NCBI GenBank assembly: GCA_964496765.1
Contig: CAZCAP010000002.1
Coordinates: 30,001 to 62,000, forward strand
Direction of reading: 5' to 3'
DNA: 32,000 nt
Source: an uncultured archaeon
GTDB taxonomy: Archaea > Iainarchaeota > Iainarchaeia > Iainarchaeales > CSSED10-239
The notes under the pieces: generated by a model
What the model saw: only the letters and a program-made list of their open reading frames with translations
Databases searched by the model: none
What the model was told of the DNA's origin: nothing
Made by a program: the position numbers and the translations under genes
Part shown: positions 26,001-32,000 of the stretch, in pieces
Position numbering within the stretch: the stretch's first letter is position 1
Layout: every line of letters starts with the position of its first letter

Positions 26001-26560
26001 AAGATTTTAGTTTAGATGAGTTATATGCACAAAATTATTTTCCGGGAATCACAACAGCAGACATAGAAAGATATGAAAAAATACAAAGTTTCTTGGACAC
26101 ACAAAAATTAAGTGCAGAGATTTCAAAATTCAAACAAAATTTAGCTGAAAAAAACTATGAGGATGCAAAAAATGCAATATCTAGTGAAACATTAACAAGA
26201 ATAAAAAACGTAATATCAGAAAACGAATTCATTAACACAGAATTCACAAAAATAAAAACAGATTCTAAGAACATACTTAATAAATATATAGAAGACAATA
26301 AAGACACTCACAAACAAGAAATAAAAGAAAAAATAACACTAGGAAAAGAATATTATACAAATGGTAAATATCTTAATACGATAAGCACACTTCAGGAAAC
26401 CAAAATTAACTCAAAAACAATGAAAAGCAACCAAATATTAATTGTGGTTACGATTTTATTCATTCTACTATTATTAGGACTCTACTATAGACTTGGTAAA
26501 AAGAAAAAGAAAGAAGAGAGCTACCAAGAACGTAAAAAAAGAGTAATTAGACATAATTAA
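23003..26560 (+). CDS. Giant (1185 aa) N/I/K/E-rich helical cell-surface protein with an N-terminal lipobox signal peptide and a C-terminal TM anchor (hypothetical)
   Basis: The signal peptide ends in L-S-G-C (codons 23054-23065). The ectodomain is long, low-complexity and heptad-like, with scattered Cys pairs and many N-x-S/T sequons. The C-terminus has a TM helix (QILIVVTILFILLLLGLYY) followed by RLGKKKKKEES..KKRVIRHN. The start is a GTG embedded in AGGTGA, preceded by a G6 run, and no in-frame ATG lies near it, so the start is uncertain. Confidence 0.6.
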   Translation: MNYKLFILTPIIVLLIILSGCIHLLSTAEREACLSATHFSTNSIDSCETQKECYNKIINNYEISNKLPLSIYNNNITYLNNIASASFNFNQSTKYIKELNKSCDTEDVNKIIKNSNDLFANLRNIFEYIDKANAESIILIKDYAIYLENEGIEEIPEEEIYSEYITINNNLNELRVDSKNENYIHQLIEESANLNIVAKDFGFTKNYISNVNYIDLTSYYLKLIEDPSGEIRVPTIVPGLNYVLGELSALEQLKNITINLQRADNYNFYIILDRFVGKNNSLYSEFSEISTKINTEINKIYETISDLETKIEDNEMYISQTNYFTYYAAKTNFREKNIGFGTYLSMLKKIDNELNINKINEFDQNTIIKEKLKDCEVIIKSAEKVNNTYLNKLIKNYKTELNLEKKEMLCNQINFEISNPDCLINLENVLNANINEFEEYREIYLNNITPEDCTNIINNINNQLEMNNKIRLLKEIIKDNSLKYTEINLKIAVNDFEKKITIIDINSEINKIKNNPNYKLYLNIDEKIEDQQKINLKLIDIAREIENEYLQENNRIELIDSNYYLVVLNLFRFELNNIEFELNDQDTDIYFHTQGIRITKNTILIERLFLNKNYFQIDYENKKEITTKLLKLGLDNTLFEITIKNQIIGITDKIYISPDKKTINGIVDEKNYLNYITEQENKILYTQDILSNTILSNKYEKITTDKYTNIIELKIKNNYTSTITGELKLIDVDESTDEYVAYILKINNREQNAYFENGGIYTIINLGKGEENIYELQTAYGLKEIISVAKDNLLEMNRLKNSYFLDLKKEATTAFSSVNNLIVDMDSKIEDLQLIFIKENKINELKIKEKDYILAENAFFILYNELLNASLSQANKIKIEKLNDEKYTNIKGNLIKLQLIEKNNNLEKEAKKIEEKNTNYNKLQELKAKISDYNINDNKLNELILNADYMNQIDLNLIEETINENLKIQVIKIDDVILYLDGFNQNTENNTIDKIKWMFEDFSLDELYAQNYFPGITTADIERYEKIQSFLDTQKLSAEISKFKQNLAEKNYEDAKNAISSETLTRIKNVISENEFINTEFTKIKTDSKNILNKYIEDNKDTHKQEIKEKITLGKEYYTNGKYLNTISTLQETKINSKTMKSNQILIVVTILFILLLLGLYYRLGKKKKKEESYQERKKRVIRHN

Positions 26561-26631
26561 AATAAAGCAATATTAAAAAAGCTATGTTAATATTATATAT
26601 TAATAAGTATAAACATAGTGTGTGATGAATT

Positions 26632-27810
26632 ATGAAAAAAACTATATTTTTAGTGGTGCTATTAATATTAGCAATTATTGCTATGCCAATAATAAATGCA
26701 GAAAAAATATCTGAAAAAACTCTGTTGGATCTGGGATATAATGATTTCAGTATAGATAAAATGAATTCTGATTGTAAGAGTTACACATTAACTGATGTTT
26801 CGTTGGATGCATCAGCAAACTATGTGCTTCAATTAAAAATTGCAAATTATATTCCTTTAAACCAGAAGGATAACGTTACCATAAAAACATACCTAAACAA
26901 CGCACTTGTTAAGGAAATTAAAAATGAAGATATAAAAGAGCGTAATCTTATTGAACTTGTTGATTATCAGAATAACAGTACACTAAGTATTTGTGTGGAT
27001 AATAATTTCATTCCAAGACTAGTAATCTCAAAATATACAATAGTTGGTAGTTACCTATTGCCAGTTATTAGAGAATCTGATTTTTACCAAGTGGTTCCAG
27101 ATAAGATTTATAAAAACACACTAACTCCTGTAGATATATTTGTTAAAAATAGTGGAGTTAGAGATATATCAGTAGTTATTTTTAATGCAAGTAAAGAGTT
27201 TTCAAAGAATTCAAGCCTAGATAATGTATCTGGGGAAACAACCTTCGAAGGAATAATAAAAGCAGGAGAGACAAAAAATTTAAAGTATTTTATTAAAACA
27301 TCAAATGAAACTAATTACGTAACTCCTAGAGCAACATTAAAATACACAAACGAATTTGGAGAAGAAATCACAATATACACACAACAGGAAAAAATTAAAA
27401 TAAATGATCTACAAACTAAATTAGATATTTCTCTAGAAATAAACAGAGAAATCACAACAAAGGTTGATTCGTTTGGTAAAATAATATTAAGGAATGTTTC
27501 TGAAGATGATCTAGAAAATATATACATAGTTCCTAAATTTGATGGAACAATAGAAGTGTATACTCCACAGATAGCAAGATTGGATAGAAAAGAGGTTGTT
27601 GAAATTCAATTCAAATTAAATACATTAGTATCTAAGGATCATGATCTAAGCTTCAATATCTATTATGACACTCCAACTGAAAGTAATAAAAATGTTGGTT
27701 CACAGAAAATAACAATCACATCTGTTCCAGAGGATAACACAAACACACAAATTATTGCTGTTCTTATTGCAATAACTTTTGTTTTGTTTATTTGGATATT
27801 TAAATTTTAA
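26632..27810 (+). CDS. Secreted, C-terminally anchored beta-sandwich (CARDB / S-layer-domain-like) surface protein (hypothetical)
   Basis: The signal peptide is MKKTIFLVVLLILAIIAMPIINA-EK. Two segments have the pattern typical of CARDB/COG1361-type domains (VDIFVKNSGVRDISVVIFNAS...; GKIILRNVSEDDLENIYIVPKF...EVVEIQFKL). At least 8 N-x-S/T sequons are visible, and the tail is SVPEDNTNTQ-IIAVLIAITFVLFIWIF-KF. Confidence 0.55.
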   Translation: MKKTIFLVVLLILAIIAMPIINAEKISEKTLLDLGYNDFSIDKMNSDCKSYTLTDVSLDASANYVLQLKIANYIPLNQKDNVTIKTYLNNALVKEIKNEDIKERNLIELVDYQNNSTLSICVDNNFIPRLVISKYTIVGSYLLPVIRESDFYQVVPDKIYKNTLTPVDIFVKNSGVRDISVVIFNASKEFSKNSSLDNVSGETTFEGIIKAGETKNLKYFIKTSNETNYVTPRATLKYTNEFGEEITIYTQQEKIKINDLQTKLDISLEINREITTKVDSFGKIILRNVSEDDLENIYIVPKFDGTIEVYTPQIARLDRKEVVEIQFKLNTLVSKDHDLSFNIYYDTPTESNKNVGSQKITITSVPEDNTNTQIIAVLIAITFVLFIWIFKF

Positions 27811-29576
27811 ATGATCCTCTTAAACATCTTTTCTATTTCTTTTTGAGAGAAATAAATTATGGTTGGTCTACCATGTGCACAAATGGTTTTATCTTCACAA
27901 TTTTCTAAATCAGAAATAAGTTTTACTTGTTCTAAATAAGTTAGTGGCTTATTTGCTTTAATAGAGTTCTTACATGTGAATAATTTAATTAAATTATCTT
28001 TTAGTTTATCTACTGTGTTTTCCTTATTTTTCAGATCTTCTAGGGTATTTATAAAATAATTAACATCTAAATAGTTGTTTAGGAACTTGGGGATTGTGCT
28101 GAGGAAATAGTCTTGCTTTTGTTTTTCAATCACAAAACCAAGTATAGCTAATTCACCTTTATTTTTTTGAATCATATCTTTCTGATCTTCAGAAAGCTTA
28201 TCTAATTTTATTCCAGAAATTAATTTTTGTTTATCAAAACTAGATCCATGTGTTAATCTATTTTTTTCAAGATTAATTCTTTCTGCGGCCGCGTGTTGAT
28301 CAACAAGCAACGTACCTGTTGTGGTTTCACAAACTATATAAGTATCATGAACCTGACCAATCACTTTTGTGATTTGGTGATTATTTAATTGCAAAGTATT
28401 TGGTTTTTGAGGGGCAGAAGTATTTGAGGAGTATATGCTTGATTGAGTTTTCTTAAAGTCTGTAAGAATTGATTTGGATGAATCAAAAAATGCATAGCTA
28501 GAATTAATTTTATTAGTTGATGAATTTTTTTGATCTTTGCTTAGGGTAGGAATAGAAAAGGAAAAGTCACCAAGAGATCTCGAAATTACAACATCATCTT
28601 TTTCTCTATATAGCTCTTTTTCAATAGCTTCTTTTAATAGGGAAAGAAAGATCATCTCATTTTGAAGTTTTACTATTCTTTTCTTTGGGTGTACGTTCAC
28701 ATCTATTGTTTTTGGATCTAATTCAATAAACAAAACAAAGAATGGTTTTTGTTGTACCATTAAATAATCTCTATAGCAGGAGGTTATTGTTTTTTGAACA
28801 TGGGTTGAATAAACATATCTTTTGTTAATAAACAAAAAGTTGGTTGGAAAATAAAATTGGTTGGTTGGTGCACTAATTAACCCAGATAATTTAAATAAAT
28901 CAGTAGATGTATTGATTGGAATGGTTTTGCTTTTAATATCAATTCCAAAAATTTGATTATATCTTTGTTCTTTTGTTGAACTAGGGAAAATAGTTTTTTT
29001 CTTTTCAGAATCAAAGGAAAAACGAATATCGGGATATAGTAAAACATAGGCAAGAAACATATCATATATTAAAGTAAATTCGGCTGATTTTGATTTTAAA
29101 AATTTCTTTCTTACTGGTTGGTTATAAAATAAATCCTTAACTATAATTGAGGTTCCTTTTTGGGAGGTGATTTCTTTTATTACATTATTTTCTAAAACAC
29201 ACCCTTTTCCTGTATCATCTGTGGAGGTAATGATTACTAATCTAGAAACTGCATTTACACTAGCGAGTGCTTCTCCTCTAAAACCAAATGTATCTAATGA
29301 ATATAATTCATCTATGTTTGTTAATTTACTTGTTGTGTGGCGTTCTGTACAAATTTCTAAATCAGATTTAGATATACCAATTCCATCATCTTTAATTTCT
29401 AATAAATCAATTCCTGAATTTTTAATAGATATAGAAATTTGTTTAGCACCTGCGTCTATTGAATTTTCAATAAGTTCTTTAAGTATATCTACTGGTCCTT
29501 CTATTACTTCACCAGCACTAATTAAATTTATTGTTTTTTCATTTAGTTTTTTGATCACCATACAATCACAGGTCAT
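27807..29576 (-). CDS. mutL: DNA mismatch repair protein MutL (endonuclease-type)
   Basis: 589 aa with a GHKL ATPase N-terminus (LISAGEVIEGPVDILKELIENSIDAGA, GFRGEAL). The C-terminal endonuclease motifs are DQHAAAERINLE (28266-28301), TCKNSIKA and CAHGRPT. Its ATG overlaps the mutS stop (ATGA), and an alternative start is Met6. Confidence 0.9.
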   Translation of the reverse strand: MTCDCMVIKKLNEKTINLISAGEVIEGPVDILKELIENSIDAGAKQISISIKNSGIDLLEIKDDGIGISKSDLEICTERHTTSKLTNIDELYSLDTFGFRGEALASVNAVSRLVIITSTDDTGKGCVLENNVIKEITSQKGTSIIVKDLFYNQPVRKKFLKSKSAEFTLIYDMFLAYVLLYPDIRFSFDSEKKKTIFPSSTKEQRYNQIFGIDIKSKTIPINTSTDLFKLSGLISAPTNQFYFPTNFLFINKRYVYSTHVQKTITSCYRDYLMVQQKPFFVLFIELDPKTIDVNVHPKKRIVKLQNEMIFLSLLKEAIEKELYREKDDVVISRSLGDFSFSIPTLSKDQKNSSTNKINSSYAFFDSSKSILTDFKKTQSSIYSSNTSAPQKPNTLQLNNHQITKVIGQVHDTYIVCETTTGTLLVDQHAAAERINLEKNRLTHGSSFDKQKLISGIKLDKLSEDQKDMIQKNKGELAILGFVIEKQKQDYFLSTIPKFLNNYLDVNYFINTLEDLKNKENTVDKLKDNLIKLFTCKNSIKANKPLTYLEQVKLISDLENCEDKTICAHGRPTIIYFSQKEIEKMFKRII

Positions 29577-32000
29577 TCTTTATAATCAGTAATTTCTTTT
29601 TGAGGTTTAATTTTTCTTGGATCTCCAGGAGATGGAGATTCATTTTTTGTATTTAAATCCTTTGAAGAGTTTAATTTAAGGAATTCATCATCTTCTAAAG
29701 CTTTTTGAATTACTAATGCATTTTGAATTACAGTATCAGAAATTCCTGCCATTTTTGCAACCTGAATACCATAACTCTTGTTTATACCACCAATCATTAG
29801 TTTATGATAGAAATGAAGGTTTGATCCTTCTTCCTCTGCAGTAACATGATAATTATTTAATCCATCATACTTCTCTTGCATTCTGTTTAATAAATGATAA
29901 TGAGTTGCAACCAGAGTCTTACATTTTGTTTCATTGTTTAATTGGTCAACAATCGCCCATGCTAAACTTAATCCATCATAGGTACTTGTTCCTCTTCCAA
30001 TCTCATCAAGTATCACAAATGAGTTTTTGGTTGCGTGATTAAGAATATACGCAACTTCTGACATTTCAACAAGAAAAGTACTTTGACCATGAAGAATATC
30101 ATCGGAGGCACCAACCCTTGTAAAAACACCATCAACAATTCCAATCTCTGAATCAGTTGCAGGAATGAAAGAACCCATTTGTCCAAGAATTATAGCAAGA
30201 CATACACTTCTCATATAACTACTTTTTCCTGCCATATTTGGACCAGTAATTATCATTGTCCTATTACTATTTGTTAAATCACAATCATTTGGAATGAAAT
30301 CCACTAGCGTCTCAATTATTGGATGTCTTAAATCTTTAAAATAAACTTTATCGGATGTTGTTAATTTTGGTTTAGAGTAATTATTAGATATTGCTATTTT
30401 TGCATGAGAAGCACAAGTATCTAGTGCACCCAATTGCTTTGCAATAGATTGTATTTGTTCTTGGAATTTAATTACAAATTTACATATATCCAAGAAAATA
30501 ATATATTCTAACTCTATCCTCTTATCTTCTGAATTTAAATATATTCCTTCTTTTTCAATTAATTCTTTTGTTGTGAATCTTTCTGCATTTACTAACGTTT
30601 GTTTTCTTTCAAAATAATCAGGAACTGTTTTTAATTGTGCCTTAGGAACTTCAATATAGTAGCCATAGACTTTGTTATATTTTAGTTTTAAGGATTTAAT
30701 GTTTGTTTCATTTCTTAGTCTTGCTTCAAATTCAACAACCCAGGAATTTATGTATTTATGAGTATTTATTAAATCACTTAATTCCTTTGAATAATTTGGG
30801 TTAATAAATTTACCATCTCTCACACTAAATGGAGGGTCTTCAACTATTGATTCATCTAACACCTTTCTTAATTCTTCAAGATCGATTAGATTATCCCTAA
30901 TTAATTTTAAATTTATTGAATTAGTGTCCAACAGAGTTGATTTTATTTTTGGAATTACCTCTAAACTTTGACGAAGAGAAACTAAATCCCTTGGAGATGC
31001 ATTTCCAAATCCAACTTTACTTATGACCCTATCCAAATCACTAATGTAAGCTAAATCATTAGTTATGTTTTCAAGTAGGGTATAATCTTCAATGAATTCA
31101 CTAACTGAATCTTGTATTCTAGTTGCCTCTGATTTATCTAGAAGAGGATGAAGTATATCGAAATAAAGTTTTCTAAATCCCATTGCGGTTTTGGTTTTAT
31201 TAATTAGATTAAATAAAGAATCTTTGTGGGTGTTATCCTGGAGATTTGTAATTAATTCTAGGTTTCTCACAGTTTTTTTATCTAACTTAAGATATTTATT
31301 AGAATCTAGTTGTTTAATTGTATTAATGTATTTTAATTCAGAAAATTGTGTTTCTTTTAAATATTTAAGTGCATTATATGCAGATATATAGGTTTCATTA
31401 TTATTGATTCCAAAAGAATCAAGAGTTTTTAAATTAAAATGATTCTTAAGTTCTTCTTCAGAAAGATTTGAATCTAAATTATCTGTGTAATTTATGATTG
31501 TATGTGGAATTATTTTTTTAATATTATCAATAATCGTTTGATATTTTAAAATATTTTTTGTTAATATTAATTCTTTTGGTTTAATCAAACTCAATTCATT
31601 AAAAATATCATTTACTGTAGTAAAAAAACCAATCTTAAACTCACCGGTTGTAATATCAACCAGAGAAAACCCAAAAGCATCTTTAATTTGAGAGATTGAA
31701 CATAAAAAATTATTTTCATAGGATTCTGAAAATAAAGTACTAGGTGTTATTACTCTAGTTACTGCTCTTTTTACAATTCCTTTAGCTAATTTGGGATTTT
31801 CTACTTGTTCGCAAACAACAACCTTCTTTCCTGCCTTAATTAGCTTGTTTATGTATGGATCTATTGAGTGGTATGGAATTCCTGCGAGTGGTGCCTCTGT
31901 TTCACCCTTACCTCTCTTTGTTAATGTTATATTTAGTATTAGAGACGCTGTTTTAGCATCATCATAAAACATTTCATAAAAATCTCCTGCCCTAAATAAC
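29573..32000 (-). CDS. mutS: DNA mismatch repair protein MutS (MutS1 type), 5' end outside the window
   Basis: Walker A GPNMAGKSSYMR, DEIGRGTSTYDG and the THYH region are present. The frame stays open upstream of the ORF-track Met: the reverse complement of 31973-31999 reads LFRAGDFYE, giving the conserved MutS N-terminal LFR.GDFYE.F.DDA. The true start therefore lies beyond position 32000. Confidence 0.95.
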   Translation of the reverse strand, partial: LFRAGDFYEMFYDDAKTASLILNITLTKRGKGETEAPLAGIPYHSIDPYINKLIKAGKKVVVCEQVENPKLAKGIVKRAVTRVITPSTLFSESYENNFLCSISQIKDAFGFSLVDITTGEFKIGFFTTVNDIFNELSLIKPKELILTKNILKYQTIIDNIKKIIPHTIINYTDNLDSNLSEEELKNHFNLKTLDSFGINNNETYISAYNALKYLKETQFSELKYINTIKQLDSNKYLKLDKKTVRNLELITNLQDNTHKDSLFNLINKTKTAMGFRKLYFDILHPLLDKSEATRIQDSVSEFIEDYTLLENITNDLAYISDLDRVISKVGFGNASPRDLVSLRQSLEVIPKIKSTLLDTNSINLKLIRDNLIDLEELRKVLDESIVEDPPFSVRDGKFINPNYSKELSDLINTHKYINSWVVEFEARLRNETNIKSLKLKYNKVYGYYIEVPKAQLKTVPDYFERKQTLVNAERFTTKELIEKEGIYLNSEDKRIELEYIIFLDICKFVIKFQEQIQSIAKQLGALDTCASHAKIAISNNYSKPKLTTSDKVYFKDLRHPIIETLVDFIPNDCDLTNSNRTMIITGPNMAGKSSYMRSVCLAIILGQMGSFIPATDSEIGIVDGVFTRVGASDDILHGQSTFLVEMSEVAYILNHATKNSFVILDEIGRGTSTYDGLSLAWAIVDQLNNETKCKTLVATHYHLLNRMQEKYDGLNNYHVTAEEEGSNLHFYHKLMIGGINKSYGIQVAKMAGISDTVIQNALVIQKALEDDEFLKLNSSKDLNTKNESPSPGDPRKIKPQKEITDYKE

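Noticed and set aside
28285-28292. An isolated GC-only octamer, GCGGCCGC (a NotI site), in an otherwise AT-rich window.
   Set aside because: It is simply the coding sequence (minus strand) for the Ala-Ala-Ala of the conserved MutL DQHAAAE endonuclease motif. It is not a regulatory or foreign element.
86-31391. Twenty-two additional ORF-track entries of 60-160 aa lying antisense to or out of frame within larger genes: 86-325, 349-630, 2582-2797, 2837-3163, 6135-6506, 8219-8413, 8731-9213, 9842-10081, 10166-10438, 11771-11965, 12441-12680, 12614-12892, 14049-14231, 14208-14390, 18518-18703, 18715-18903, 20836-21051, 21724-22086, 27315-27527, 28877-29065, 29167-29592 and 31191-31391.
   Set aside because: Each is fully or largely embedded in a gene with a strong family signature on the other strand or frame. 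Their translations are low-complexity (S/F/I/L-rich) with no recognisable motifs and no SD. Such shadow ORFs are expected opposite genes with strong codon periodicity.
1-32000. A search for CRISPR repeats, tRNA/rRNA genes, IS elements, integrases, reverse transcriptase or DGR template/variable repeats, toxin-antitoxin pairs and known defence-system genes.
   Set aside because: I saw no regularly spaced direct repeats and no GC-rich structured-RNA-like islands, which would stand out against this composition. No ORF has transposase, integrase, RT, nuclease-helicase or defence signatures. The absence is by eye only; long diverged repeats would need a dot-plot to exclude.

Overview
Low-GC (roughly 30% by eye, not computed) archaeal chromosomal segment using the standard genetic code (TAA, TAG and TGA all serve as stops). 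Coding density is very high, with about 28 protein genes. I recognised no rRNA, tRNA, CRISPR array, transposase, integrase or reverse transcriptase. Archaeal identity rests on family-D DNA polymerase (DP1+DP2), EF-1alpha, ribosomal proteins uS15, eS1 and uS10, Elp3, Taw3, a NOG1-like GTPase, UPF0147 and DUF373. The AT-richness and several shortened or minimal genes fit a small-genome (DPANN-like) archaeon, but lineage cannot be assigned from this window. Most genes are preceded by an AGGTGA/GGAGG Shine-Dalgarno, and this let me move several ORF-track starts. Most of the window is housekeeping: translation, SecFD, PolD, tRNA modification, and a bacterial-type MutS-MutL pair. I found no clear-cut defence or mobile system. 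Four things look worth a second look. (1) A tightly packed same-strand cassette at 22.3-27.8 kb encodes a wHTH protein, a 116-aa CARF-like Rossmann protein, a 1185-aa lipobox/C-terminally anchored helical giant and a beta-sandwich surface protein. (2) A 146-aa protein at 1810-2250 carries exosortase/archaeosortase hallmark motifs. (3) A C-terminally truncated NFACT/Rqc2 homologue follows a membrane-tethered protein with a transglutaminase-like Cys-His-Asp pattern (13.3-15.5 kb). (4) A stomatin gene is translationally coupled to an unknown highly basic protein instead of NfeD. All family calls come from motif recognition by eye and memory; no profile search was run.
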